A stretch of DNA of 64,000 bases. Origin: an uncultured delta proteobacterium (GTDB taxonomy: Bacteria > Desulfobacterota > RBG-13-43-22). Every line of letters starts with the position of its first letter. Positions within the stretch are counted from its first letter, which is position 1. Location of the stretch: contig CAWJJC010000020.1 in NCBI GenBank assembly GCA_963843145.1, positions 704,001 to 768,000 on the forward strand. Reading direction: 5' to 3'. Below the pieces are notes generated by a model. The model worked only from the letters and a program-made list of their open reading frames with translations, had not been told where the DNA came from and did not search any database. This document shows, in pieces, positions 49,291 to 59,394 of this stretch. Both the position numbers and the translations under genes were made by a program.

Positions 49291-50547
49291 TTATCCAGCC
49301 AATTTTCTAAGCCGGTTGATCCTTTCCACTAGTGGGGGATGGGAATAATGAAACCGGACATAGAAGGGATGGGGATTCAGGTTGGTCAGGTTGTCGGCCG
49401 CCATCCGTTTAAAGGCCTCGATCAACGGTTCGGGCGTTCCCATCTTGGCCAGGGCATAATCGTCGGCCTGGCGTTCATAGCGTCGGGAGAGGGCCAGGGA
49501 AAAAGGGGCCAGGAAGAAAGCCGCTTTTTGTCCGATGAGGCCCAGTAAAAAAAGACCGACATAGGCCTTGGGTTCGCCGAAGCCGAAGGAATAATAGAGT
49601 CCGGACCAACCCAGGAATCGAGCGGCCAGATAAAGCCCGGCCAGGGTAGAGGCGGCAAACAGCAGAAACAGTTTAAGGATGTGTCTTCTTTTGTAGTGCC
49701 CCAGCTCGTGGGCCAAGATGCCTATAATTTCTTCCTGGGGATGGGCCTGGATCAGGGTATCGAACAGAACCACCCGTTTGGTTTTCCCCAATCCGGTAAA
49801 ATAGGCATTGGTATGGCCGCTGCGTTTTCCGGCGTCCATCTGAAATATCCCTTTCAGACCGACCCCGGCCTTTTTCATCAGCCCGATGATTTTTCCCCTT
49901 AAGTCTTCCTCTTGTATGGCTTCGAACTTATTGAAAAGGGGAGCGATGAGTACCGGGTAGAGTACGGCCAGCACCAATTGAAATGACGAGAGGAACAGAA
50001 AGCCCCAGACCCACCAAAATTGAGGGGCGGCCTGAATGAGCCAGAGGACCAAGGAAAAGACCAGAGTAAAGAGAAGCAACGAAAGCAGGCCCGCCTTCAG
50101 GTGATCTAAAATCCAAATTTTGAGGGTGGCCCGGTTGAACCCGTATTTTTCTTCAAGCACAAAGGCTTGATAATAATCAAAAGGCAGATCCAGTAAGGCA
50201 TTCAAAAGCCCGGGGATCATAAAAAACAACAGGCCCGTGAGAACCGAATTCCAGGACAGGCGCGTCAGCAGGTTATCCAAGAAGGGGAAGAAGCCCCAGA
50301 GAATCAGACCCAGGAAATAGAGTTCGGAAAAGACCAGGTGAATCGACCCGAATCGGCTCCGCTCCCCCGAATAGGCAATGGTCTGTTTCATTTTTTGTTC
50401 ATCCATGAACCCTTCGAATCCCTCCGGTACCCGGCCGCCATGTTTTTGCTGATGATCCCGGTTCATTCGCTCCATCCCCAGAGCGAAGATCAACTGAAGC
50501 AGATAGAGCCCCACAAAACCACCAAACAAAAAATTCCATTGAGGCAA
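49291..50547 (-). CDS. M48 (Ste24-like) membrane zinc peptidase
   Basis: EEKYGFN, NAYFTG, AHELGH (HExxH), ERQADDYA, SHPP..ERI; TTG start after AAGGAG. Confidence 0.92.
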   Translation of the reverse strand: MPQWNFLFGGFVGLYLLQLIFALGMERMNRDHQQKHGGRVPEGFEGFMDEQKMKQTIAYSGERSRFGSIHLVFSELYFLGLILWGFFPFLDNLLTRLSWNSVLTGLLFFMIPGLLNALLDLPFDYYQAFVLEEKYGFNRATLKIWILDHLKAGLLSLLLFTLVFSLVLWLIQAAPQFWWVWGFLFLSSFQLVLAVLYPVLIAPLFNKFEAIQEEDLRGKIIGLMKKAGVGLKGIFQMDAGKRSGHTNAYFTGLGKTKRVVLFDTLIQAHPQEEIIGILAHELGHYKRRHILKLFLLFAASTLAGLYLAARFLGWSGLYYSFGFGEPKAYVGLFLLGLIGQKAAFFLAPFSLALSRRYERQADDYALAKMGTPEPLIEAFKRMAADNLTNLNPHPFYVRFHYSHPPLVERINRLRKLAG

Positions 50548-50731
50548 AAAGAACTCCTTATTCTCAGGCTTCGTGGGTACCCACACCGGGCCTGCGGTTT
50601 TAGTATGGAAAAGTTTAACTTTGATTTCAAGCGGAAAACGATGCGCCGCGCTCTCTGACTTGGATTATTTCCAAGCATCACCCTTTCCTGTTTTAAATTA
50701 TGAAAGCTTTAGGTTAAACTGGGAGAAAGCC

Positions 50732-52510
50732 ATGCATTTTTTTAAATCCTTCAACGCCTTCCTCAAGGCAGGTTTTATCTGCACGATTATAACCCTCGCT
50801 GTTTCAGGGGTCTCCTCGGGGGCCGCGCCGACTTTAGCGGTAGTGGTGGAAGGACTGGAAGGAGAGTCCCAAAAAAACGTGGAACGGGCTCTTTCCCTAC
50901 CGGAAGGAATTCTGGATAAAGATCGAGTCGATGAACCGTTGCTGGCCCTTTTCCAAAAGGATGTACCCCTGAAGGTCCGGGAAGCCTTGAAGCCTTTCGG
51001 CTTCTATCATCCCCGTGTGGAAACCGCCATCAAGAGGTCCTCCGATAAGCTTGTCCTGCGGGTCCACGTTGAACCTGGACCTCCGGTTCGGGTTCAAGCC
51101 CTAAGAATAGAGCTTCAAGGACCCGGGTCCGAAATGGACAAACTCCGGAAGAATATCCCCTTATTTCCTTTGAAAGAGGGAGATATGCTCCGGCAGGACC
51201 TGTATGAGGAGGGAAAAACCGCCCTTCAGGACGCGGCCCGTGAATCCGGCTACCTGGACGCCTACTTTTCCACCCACGTCATTCATCTGTCGTTAGAAAA
51301 AGATTCGGCTCAAATAGACCTGACCCTGGATACCGGCCCCCGGTATTACTTCGGGGAGGTTGTCTTTGTCCCGCCCTTACCCTTTCCGGAATCCTTTCTG
51401 CGGCGGTACCTGGCTTTCCGCCCCGGCCGGCCTTATTCCCCGCGAGGCCTGGCCCGGACACAACTCAACTTCAACAACGCCGACCGTTTCTCTGAAGTCA
51501 CCATCGAGGCCGACAAGGAAGAGGCCCAGGATTACCGGGTGCCGGTCCGCCTTCACCTGACGCCTTCCAAACTTAAGCGGTTCCGGTTCGGAGTCGGTTA
51601 CGAAACCGACAACGGGCCGGGAGTGCTGGTCCGCTATCAGGACCTGAATTTCAATCATTGGGGGCACGAGGCCAGCGCCGAGCTGAGGCTTTCCGAGCGA
51701 CTTCAAGGATTGGGCTTCGATTACATCCTGCCGGGTACCCGTCATTTGGACAACAAGACCGCTTTTAAACTGGGCTATAAACATGAAATTACCGATACCT
51801 ACGATACACGTTCCCTCTTTGCCGTGGGTGAATACGTGCAGCGTATCGGTCGGGGTCGTCTGGGGTCGGCCACCCTGCAACTGTTGCAGGAAGATTATAC
51901 CATTGGCGACCAGAAAGGGATTGCCACCCTGTTGATCCCGGGGGCCCGATTCTGGCAGCGCCGCTACGACGACCCGGTTCATCCCACCCGGGGCTACCGC
52001 ATTTCCATCGAGACCCGGGGGAGCACTCCGGCCTTGGGCTCCGACGGGTCCTTCCTGCAGGTCATTCCCCAAGGCGATGCCCTGATCCCCCTGGGAAACG
52101 GTTTCTCGCTCCTATTGCGGGGTCAGATGGGCGCCTCCCTTCAGAATGAACCGTTAAAAACCCTCCCACCGTCTCTCCGCTTTTTCGCCGGGGGGGATCA
52201 AAGCGTCCGGGGATATGCGTATCAATCCCTGGGACCCAAGGATCCGTCCGGGAAAGTGGTGGGCGGGAAAAACCTGCTGGTGGGCAGCCTCGAAATCGAA
52301 AAAGCCATAACCCGCCTCTGGGGATTGGCGGCTTTTTACGATGCCGGGAATGCCTTCGATGATTTCAGCCAATATAAATTGAAACAAGGCGCCGGTCTCG
52401 GCCTACGCATTTATACTCCCCTGGGCCCCATCCGACTCGATCTGGCGCGCCAGATCGGTGAAACCGACAACCAATATCGGATTCATCTTTCCGTGGGGTT
52501 CGCCTTATGA
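50732..52510 (+). CDS. tamA: Omp85-family translocation and assembly module TamA
   Basis: POTRA-like repeats, RFFAGGDQSVRGY, TPLGPIRLD, terminal beta-signal; paired with tamB. Confidence 0.92.
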   Translation: MHFFKSFNAFLKAGFICTIITLAVSGVSSGAAPTLAVVVEGLEGESQKNVERALSLPEGILDKDRVDEPLLALFQKDVPLKVREALKPFGFYHPRVETAIKRSSDKLVLRVHVEPGPPVRVQALRIELQGPGSEMDKLRKNIPLFPLKEGDMLRQDLYEEGKTALQDAARESGYLDAYFSTHVIHLSLEKDSAQIDLTLDTGPRYYFGEVVFVPPLPFPESFLRRYLAFRPGRPYSPRGLARTQLNFNNADRFSEVTIEADKEEAQDYRVPVRLHLTPSKLKRFRFGVGYETDNGPGVLVRYQDLNFNHWGHEASAELRLSERLQGLGFDYILPGTRHLDNKTAFKLGYKHEITDTYDTRSLFAVGEYVQRIGRGRLGSATLQLLQEDYTIGDQKGIATLLIPGARFWQRRYDDPVHPTRGYRISIETRGSTPALGSDGSFLQVIPQGDALIPLGNGFSLLLRGQMGASLQNEPLKTLPPSLRFFAGGDQSVRGYAYQSLGPKDPSGKVVGGKNLLVGSLEIEKAITRLWGLAAFYDAGNAFDDFSQYKLKQGAGLGLRIYTPLGPIRLDLARQIGETDNQYRIHLSVGFAL

Positions 52511-55500
52511 AACGAGGGTTGCTTGTCGGCGCCGGTCTGCTGGTCCTGATCCTGGCCCTGTTGTCCTGGGGGGTTTACCGCCTCCTCTGGACCCCCGGCG
52601 GCGTGCATTGGCTGCTGGAAAAAATCCCCCAATATACGTCCCTGACCATCCGGGCCGAAAAAGTAACCGGCCGGCTGGCTGGCGATTTGCTCCTGGAAGG
52701 GGTCCAGGTCCGCTGGCAGGGAGGCCGACTGGAAATTCAACAGTTGCAGACCTCCTTCAGAATCAGCCATCTGCTACGGGGACGCATCCTTTTTGAAAAA
52801 ATTGCCGCCAACCGGATTTCCATTGAAAAAAAGCCATCCCCGCTGGAGCCGCTTGATTTGACCCTGCCCCGGGTCAGCGGCCTTTTGGGCCGTCTGGACC
52901 TGGAGGTCCGAACCTTCCTCCTGGAGGCCATCCGCTACCAGAGTGGCAAAGAACCACCGCTGGTCATTAAAAAAATAGGCGGTCGACTGGCCTGGAAACA
53001 AGGGACCCTGGCCGTTAACCCCCTGGAACTGGAACTGACCGCCGGGCGGTTGAAAGGGGCGCTGGGGTTGGGTCTGGCCGTTCCCTCCCTGGGACTGGAC
53101 ATTCAATTCTATCCGGAGAAGCCCCTTTGGGGTTCGGACCGGATTTTCCTGCAGGCTCGCTTGAAGGAAGGCCGCCGCCCGGAACAGTTGGCCGGTCCGC
53201 TGGCGATTCAAGGCCGGTCGGGAACCGGGGAGCGAATCCTGTTTCAATCCGATCTGGCCGTAGCCCAGCGGCGGATTACCCTGCACGGGTTCTCCCTCCG
53301 GGAAAAGGGCCGGGAGGGAACGGTCCACGGGCAGGGAGCGATCATTTTTGAGCAGGCGGACACCGCCTACCTGGCCGATTTAAAACTGGATGGTCTCGAT
53401 CTATCCCGGGAGGTGAACTTCCCCGCCAGGGTGTCGGGGTTTTTACGGGTTGCAGGAAACCCGACGTCTTATAGCGGCGGTTTCGATTTCAAAAACAACG
53501 TTAAAACCTGGCAGACCCTCCAATTGCGGGGTGGCTTTCAAGGTAATACGGCGGGACTGGAAGTGCGGGTGGACCGCGGAGAATGGATCAAGGGGTACTT
53601 GCAGGGGCGGGTCAGACTGGCCTGGGAAAAGTATTTTTCTGTTCAGACTACCCTGGAAGGCAGACAGTTCAAGCCGGAGCAGATTAACGCCGGGTGGCCG
53701 GGAATAATCAATGTAGATCTCAAAGGAGATCTGCTTTGGTCGGAGGCCGGCTTGTCCCGAGGAACCCTGGACATCCGCTTGCTGGAAAGTCGGTTCCAGG
53801 GGAAAAATTTACAGGGCGGGATCAGGGCCACCTTGAAAGGTGAACGTCTTTCCATTGAAAAAGCCGAACTCCAGGGACGAGGATTCGCACTTACGGCCCG
53901 CGGGGACTGGGTAGAACGTCTGAACTTTGAAGCTCGGATCGCCGATCTATCCGCCCTGCTGCCCGAAAGCCGCGGAGGGGGGATGGCCAGCGGCTGGGTC
54001 CGCTGGCGGAATCAAAAGCTGGCAGGCCGCCTCTCCCTGCAAGGGAAGCGTTTTTCCTGGAATAACCTCTCCGCTGAAACGTTTAACCTGGTAGGGGGGT
54101 TAGACCAGGAGAAATCGAAACCTTCGGTCGACCTGAAGGCCTGGATTGGGAAAGGGACGTATAATTTCTTCCCGGTTGACTCCCTCTCCCTGAAGGTTCA
54201 AGGGACGATGGCCCGGCAGGAAATAAGTCTTTCCGTTCAGACTCCGGAGGGAAAGGTCCAAGCCGGATTGGAGGGGGCTTATCGACAAAACCGCTGGGAG
54301 GGGACCCTTTTAACCCTGGCCGGGGAAATCCCCCGGGGAAAGGCCTTCCGCCTGAAAGATCCCACCGAACTGAACATCGGGCCGGAGCGAATCCGCCTTT
54401 CACCGCTGGTCCTCACCGGTGCGGGCGGGGAGGTCCTGACCCTCGAGGGGGATCTGGGGCTGAAGCCGCTTTCGGGTTTGGTACGCGGTGAATGGCAGCG
54501 GTTCGATCTGTCCCGCGCCCGTTTCTGGTTGGAGCAACTTCAGCCGGAGGGAGAGGCCTCCGGTCGGCTGCAGGCACGATTTTCAGGGGAAGATCGCCTG
54601 GAAGTAAACCTCCGGAACGAAATGAAGGGAAAAATCCGGACCGGTCGGCAGACCGTGGAATTAAACCGGGGTGATTTCAATCTGACCTGGGACGATACGG
54701 GACTTCGTTCCTCCTGGGATTTATCCGGGTTGGGGGGGGTTCGATTCCGGGGCGAGGCCGCCTCACCGGAAAAAGGCCGTTTTTCATTTCCGGAAAAAGG
54801 GAGCCTAAACGCCCAAGGAAACGGGCTGCAGTTGGACCTCCTGAAACCGTGGCTGCCTCAAGGCCTTGTCCTGCAAGGACAACTAACGGGCCAGATTCAG
54901 GGATTCTGGAGCAAAGGGCTCCGCTTTAATCTCGATGGCGGGGCCAAGGTCCTGGAGGGTTCCATCGCCTGGAAAGAAAACGGATCTGAAATCCGGGCCC
55001 AGGTGCGTCAGGCCGATCTGGGAGTCCGCTGGGCCGAGGAGACCTTGAAAGGCGATCTGGCGGTTGAACTCGCTGGGTATGGAAAGGCCTCGGGAAAATT
55101 CAATTTGCCCCTCCCCACCCGATTTCCCTTGAAATTAAATCCCTCCGGTCCGCTGCAAGCCGGTCTTTCGGGAAACTTTCGAGAAAGCGGCCTGCTAACC
55201 GCCCTTTTCCCCCAGGCGGTTCGTTCCAGCCGGGGGAAACTGCAATGGGACCTCTCCGCCACAGGGACCTGGGAAAAACCGACGCTTCGGGGAAACCTGG
55301 AACTGGCCGAAGGCGGAGCCGATCTGCCCTCCCTGGGCCTTCGTCTCCAGGACGTAACCCTCAAAGGGACCCTCAGCGACGATCGCCTTCAAATTGACTC
55401 GCTGGATCTGCGTTCCGGACCCGGATCCTTGAATGGAAAAGCCGTCTTCAGGCTGAAAGATTGGAAGATTACCGAAATGCAGGGCAGGCTGCTCGGGAAG

Positions 55501-56442
55501 AATTTTCAATTCATCCACCGGCCCAATTTTCAAGCCCTGGGCAACCCGGACCTGGCGTTTAACGGAACCCCGGACCAACTCCAAGTGAATGGCAAGATTG
55601 AAATCCCTGAAGCGCTGATCACCAAGGATCCCATCTCGGGAATAATAAAAGCCAGTCCCGATGTGGTGATCGTGGATGCCCCCCCGTCCCCCCCTGCGGG
55701 CCGGTCTTATCCCATCCAGGGCCTAATCCATCTGGTCTTCGGAGAAAAAGTCCGGGTGAAAGTCGGCGGTCTGGATACCCTGCTCAAGGGAACTATCCGG
55801 GTGGCCTTTCAAAACTCCAAGGACCTGAACGCGACTGGAGAGATTCGAGCCGACCAGGGTACTTACCTTGTTCAGGGAACCAAACTGAACATCACCCGGG
55901 GCCGGGTGATGTTCCAAGGCCCTCCTGACAACCCGGGCCTGGACCTGCTGGCCGTGCGGACCATACGGGGAAGTCAACGCCTGGAAGACTTTGTGGATGA
56001 AGTCAAGGCCGGCGTCGTGGTGACCGGATCGATACGGTCGCCCCTGGTCCGACTCTATTCCCAGCCCGCCATGTCGGAGACGGATGTGCTATCTTATATT
56101 CTATTCGGAAAACCCCTGGGACGCGGTGCCGACCAGCAGAACCTGGCGATTTTGGGCAAGGCGGCCCAGCTTCTTTTGGGAGATAAAATGGACAGCAGCC
56201 TGGTCAGCCGCCTGAAGCTGGATACCCTCGATATTCAATCCGAAGGCGGGGATGTTTCCCAGTCCATCGTTACCGTGGGCAAATACCTCGACCCACGCCT
56301 CTACCTGGGTCTGGGGGGATCCCTATTCAGCAATACCTACCAGGTCATTCTGCGCTACGCCCTCATGCCGCGCCTGGAACTGGAAACCAGGGGGGGCACC
56401 CAGAGCGGCGGGGGCATTTATTATAAGGTGGATTTTGAGTAA
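52507..56442 (+). CDS. tamB: Translocation and assembly module TamB
   Basis: N-terminal TM, long beta-rich body, DUF490-like C-terminus (S.P.M...VLSYILFG, VGKYL.PRLY). Confidence 0.92.
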   Translation: MKRGLLVGAGLLVLILALLSWGVYRLLWTPGGVHWLLEKIPQYTSLTIRAEKVTGRLAGDLLLEGVQVRWQGGRLEIQQLQTSFRISHLLRGRILFEKIAANRISIEKKPSPLEPLDLTLPRVSGLLGRLDLEVRTFLLEAIRYQSGKEPPLVIKKIGGRLAWKQGTLAVNPLELELTAGRLKGALGLGLAVPSLGLDIQFYPEKPLWGSDRIFLQARLKEGRRPEQLAGPLAIQGRSGTGERILFQSDLAVAQRRITLHGFSLREKGREGTVHGQGAIIFEQADTAYLADLKLDGLDLSREVNFPARVSGFLRVAGNPTSYSGGFDFKNNVKTWQTLQLRGGFQGNTAGLEVRVDRGEWIKGYLQGRVRLAWEKYFSVQTTLEGRQFKPEQINAGWPGIINVDLKGDLLWSEAGLSRGTLDIRLLESRFQGKNLQGGIRATLKGERLSIEKAELQGRGFALTARGDWVERLNFEARIADLSALLPESRGGGMASGWVRWRNQKLAGRLSLQGKRFSWNNLSAETFNLVGGLDQEKSKPSVDLKAWIGKGTYNFFPVDSLSLKVQGTMARQEISLSVQTPEGKVQAGLEGAYRQNRWEGTLLTLAGEIPRGKAFRLKDPTELNIGPERIRLSPLVLTGAGGEVLTLEGDLGLKPLSGLVRGEWQRFDLSRARFWLEQLQPEGEASGRLQARFSGEDRLEVNLRNEMKGKIRTGRQTVELNRGDFNLTWDDTGLRSSWDLSGLGGVRFRGEAASPEKGRFSFPEKGSLNAQGNGLQLDLLKPWLPQGLVLQGQLTGQIQGFWSKGLRFNLDGGAKVLEGSIAWKENGSEIRAQVRQADLGVRWAEETLKGDLAVELAGYGKASGKFNLPLPTRFPLKLNPSGPLQAGLSGNFRESGLLTALFPQAVRSSRGKLQWDLSATGTWEKPTLRGNLELAEGGADLPSLGLRLQDVTLKGTLSDDRLQIDSLDLRSGPGSLNGKAVFRLKDWKITEMQGRLLGKNFQFIHRPNFQALGNPDLAFNGTPDQLQVNGKIEIPEALITKDPISGIIKASPDVVIVDAPPSPPAGRSYPIQGLIHLVFGEKVRVKVGGLDTLLKGTIRVAFQNSKDLNATGEIRADQGTYLVQGTKLNITRGRVMFQGPPDNPGLDLLAVRTIRGSQRLEDFVDEVKAGVVVTGSIRSPLVRLYSQPAMSETDVLSYILFGKPLGRGADQQNLAILGKAAQLLLGDKMDSSLVSRLKLDTLDIQSEGGDVSQSIVTVGKYLDPRLYLGLGGSLFSNTYQVILRYALMPRLELETRGGTQSGGGIYYKVDFE

Positions 56443-56599
56443 TGAAGGCTAACGATAGGTGTTTAATCGCTTGCGGGATTATGCAATTGGAAACCAGGAA
56501 GGTTGGGTTGGCCGGTCTTCAGAAGGTATTATCGAACGCCCTGGAGAGAGTCCAACCATGAATCCTTTACTCCAGCTTATGGAAAAACGGCCGAGGTAA

Positions 56600-57091
56600 T
56601 TAAAGCACCTTGGGGTTAAGCTGCCATAAAGCCGCCGTGAGCGCGGTGGCCAAACTTACCCAGGCCAGGTAAGGCAAAAGGAGATAGCCCGCTAACGGTC
56701 GCACCCGGTAGAAGGCGATCAGAGTCAGCAGGATCAGCAGCCAGAGAGCGATAATCTCCGCCAGCGCCCATCCCCCCTGCCGCCAGGCGAAGAAAACCCA
56801 GGTCCACAAGGCGTTTAAGGCCAATTGGATCAGATAGAAGCAAAGGGCTGGCCGGGTATTCTTCTCCCGCTCTTCACGCCAGACCAGCCAGGCGGCCACG
56901 GTCATGAGCAGGTAAAGGACGGTCCAGACCGGTCCGAAGACCGCCGCCGGCGGGGCCCAGGAAGGCTTGATCAGCTCGGCGTAAAAACCGGGGGCGTTGG
57001 CCGAAGCCCAACCCCCGATGGCCGCCGCCGAAAAAGTAATTCCCAAAATGATGAAGAATCCGACTAAGGGTCGAACTTTCCTCTCGCTCAC
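56600..57091 (-). CDS. tspO: Tryptophan-rich sensory protein TspO
   Basis: Y..L.KPSWAPP..FGPVWT.LY, LNALW..FF, LLPYLAW..A..L; GTG start inferred. Confidence 0.92.
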   Translation of the reverse strand: MSERKVRPLVGFFIILGITFSAAAIGGWASANAPGFYAELIKPSWAPPAAVFGPVWTVLYLLMTVAAWLVWREEREKNTRPALCFYLIQLALNALWTWVFFAWRQGGWALAEIIALWLLILLTLIAFYRVRPLAGYLLLPYLAWVSLATALTAALWQLNPKVL

Positions 57092-57125
57092 CGGTATGAT
57101 CCCTAAATCCGAAACAGGAATGGAT

Positions 57126-59375
57126 TCAACTGATCCCAGAACTCGCCTCTGGCCAGAGTTTTTCCAGCCGGTCCAGCAGTTCCCCCATTTCCGACTGGCT
57201 GGACAGGTAATAATCGGCATACAGGCTCTCGCCGATCGAAATGGAAAGACCCTTATCCTTCAGCGCCTGGAAAGCGTCCTCATCGGTTACATCATCACCG
57301 ATATAGATGGGCAGCTTGCCTTGTCCCAGCTTTTCCAAAATAAAAGAAACCGCCACGCCTTTATCCGGCGCCTGGAGGGGCCGGATTTCAAAGACTTTCT
57401 TGCCGGACCGTAAGGCAAAAAAGTGGTCATACTCCTTGGCCAGATTGAAAATAAGGTTGAAGAGCTTTCCCACATAGGGAATAGGAACCTGGCGGAAATG
57501 GATGCTGGCCGTGATCGTTTTATCCTCAATGAAAACCCCGGGAATGTAGGTCGTCGCCTCCCGCAGGCGGCCCAGATACTCTTCCAGCATCGGGCGATCG
57601 AATTTCCATTCCGGCAGAGCATACACTCCCAGGCCATCCCTTATCTCCGCCCCATGATTTCCGGCATACAGCAGGTCATCCACCCCGACCTTCTCGCGGA
57701 TATCCTGGAGGCTCCGTCCACTGATCACGGCCAGGGAGACCTTGTCTTTCAAACGCTGGAGCCGGGCCCGCATGGCTTCGGAAAGGACCGCTTTTTCCGG
57801 AGAGGAGACGATCGGCGTCAAGGTTCCGTCGTAATCCAGAAACAGGAAAACCGGCCGGCCTTGAATCTCTTTGGCGATGCGGTCCCAATGCTCAAAAACA
57901 TTACTCTGGGTCCTGGACCGCATTCCCGACAAGTGGAGCATCTCCCCGAGAATATCAAAAATCCAGCGGTGGATGTCATGCTCCTCCACTTGCCTTCTTA
58001 AGGCCGTCATGCGGCCCTTTCGTTCCTGCTCCGGCATGAGCAAGGCTTTCTTGATCTGCTCCGAGAAGTCTTCCAGATTGTAGGGATTGACCAGAATAGC
58101 GCCGTCCAGTTCTTCGGCCGCGCCGGCAAACTCGCTGAGGATCAACACTCCTTTTTCATCCACCTGAGCCGCCGCGTACTCCTTGGCCACCAGATTCATG
58201 CCGTCATAGACGGAGCTGATGATGGCCAGGTCCGCCAGCCGGTAATAGGCCACCAGGTCCGGATGATCGATTTTGGTGTCCAGGTAAATGATGGGCTGCC
58301 AGTCCGGTCCCCCGAATTTGCGATTAATTTTGGCGACCAGGTCCTCCACGGTTTTTTTATAACTCAAATACGGTTCCCGCATCCGGGTCGGCACGGCCAC
58401 TTGAATAAAGGTGAAACGATTTCTCCATTTTTCATACCGTTCAAAAAACAGTTGAAGGCTTTGCAGGCGCTTGATCAAGGCCTTGGTGTATTCCAGCCGA
58501 TCGACCCCCACCCCCACCTGTCCGCTGAGACGATATTTTTTTCTGATCCGGCCCATCAATCGTTCGGTCCGGGGGGCCTCGGCCATAGCGCTGAATTTCT
58601 TGAAATCGATGCTGATGGCGAAAGCCTTCAGACGGGTCAAATGTCCCTCGTAGCGGACCGTCTCCTGCGAATAATCCACCTCCGCCCCCAGGCCCTCCCG
58701 GGCGCAATCCAGGAAGTTCTTCACAAACAGCGGAATCTGAAACCCGATCAGGTCATTTCCCAATAAGCCTTTCAGAATCTCAGGGGCCTGAGGACAGATC
58801 CGAAAAACACTCCAGTCCGGCCAGGGGATATGCCAGAAATGGGCGATAACCGCCGGAAGGTTTTTGTCGCGCAGGGCCCCGGGAACCAGGCAGAGGTGGT
58901 AATCGTGAATCCAGACCAGGGAGGGGTCCTTGACTTCCTCCTCGACGGCCCGGGCAAAGAGGCTATTGGCCAAAGTATAATCTTCCCAATATTTATTGCG
59001 GTAATAGACCCGGTCCAGGGTGATGTGGCAAAGGGGCCAGAGTACCTGGTTGGAATACCCGTGATAGTAATTTTCCACCAACCCGGGATTGAGCCAGACC
59101 CGTTTCAACCGGTAGGAAGGCTGATCCGGCGGGACGGATACCCGGTCGTTTTCATCCACACTATCCCGGTCGGCGCTGCCGCTCCCCCAGGCGATCCAGG
59201 TCCCCCCCAGGGATTGCATCACATCGTCCAGGGCCGAGGTCAGACCGCCGGCCGGTTGATCCACGACCTTCCCCTCCCGGGTATTTTTGTGGATATAGGG
59301 TTCCCGGTTGGAAACCACAATAAGATTCTGGTTGGACAACCCGGTCTCCAAAACCGCACCTAACCGATCTTCCAT
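57126..59375 (-). CDS. Bifunctional trehalose-6-phosphate synthase/phosphatase (OtsA-OtsB fusion)
   Basis: VSNREP, GGL, WIHDYHL, HIPWP, DRLEYTK, DGMNLVAKE; HAD domain LDYDGTL and GDDVTDEDAF. Confidence 0.95.
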   Translation of the reverse strand: MEDRLGAVLETGLSNQNLIVVSNREPYIHKNTREGKVVDQPAGGLTSALDDVMQSLGGTWIAWGSGSADRDSVDENDRVSVPPDQPSYRLKRVWLNPGLVENYYHGYSNQVLWPLCHITLDRVYYRNKYWEDYTLANSLFARAVEEEVKDPSLVWIHDYHLCLVPGALRDKNLPAVIAHFWHIPWPDWSVFRICPQAPEILKGLLGNDLIGFQIPLFVKNFLDCAREGLGAEVDYSQETVRYEGHLTRLKAFAISIDFKKFSAMAEAPRTERLMGRIRKKYRLSGQVGVGVDRLEYTKALIKRLQSLQLFFERYEKWRNRFTFIQVAVPTRMREPYLSYKKTVEDLVAKINRKFGGPDWQPIIYLDTKIDHPDLVAYYRLADLAIISSVYDGMNLVAKEYAAAQVDEKGVLILSEFAGAAEELDGAILVNPYNLEDFSEQIKKALLMPEQERKGRMTALRRQVEEHDIHRWIFDILGEMLHLSGMRSRTQSNVFEHWDRIAKEIQGRPVFLFLDYDGTLTPIVSSPEKAVLSEAMRARLQRLKDKVSLAVISGRSLQDIREKVGVDDLLYAGNHGAEIRDGLGVYALPEWKFDRPMLEEYLGRLREATTYIPGVFIEDKTITASIHFRQVPIPYVGKLFNLIFNLAKEYDHFFALRSGKKVFEIRPLQAPDKGVAVSFILEKLGQGKLPIYIGDDVTDEDAFQALKDKGLSISIGESLYADYYLSSQSEMGELLDRLEKLWPEASSGIS

Positions 59376-59394
59376 TGTTGTTCCTTCTCTAATT

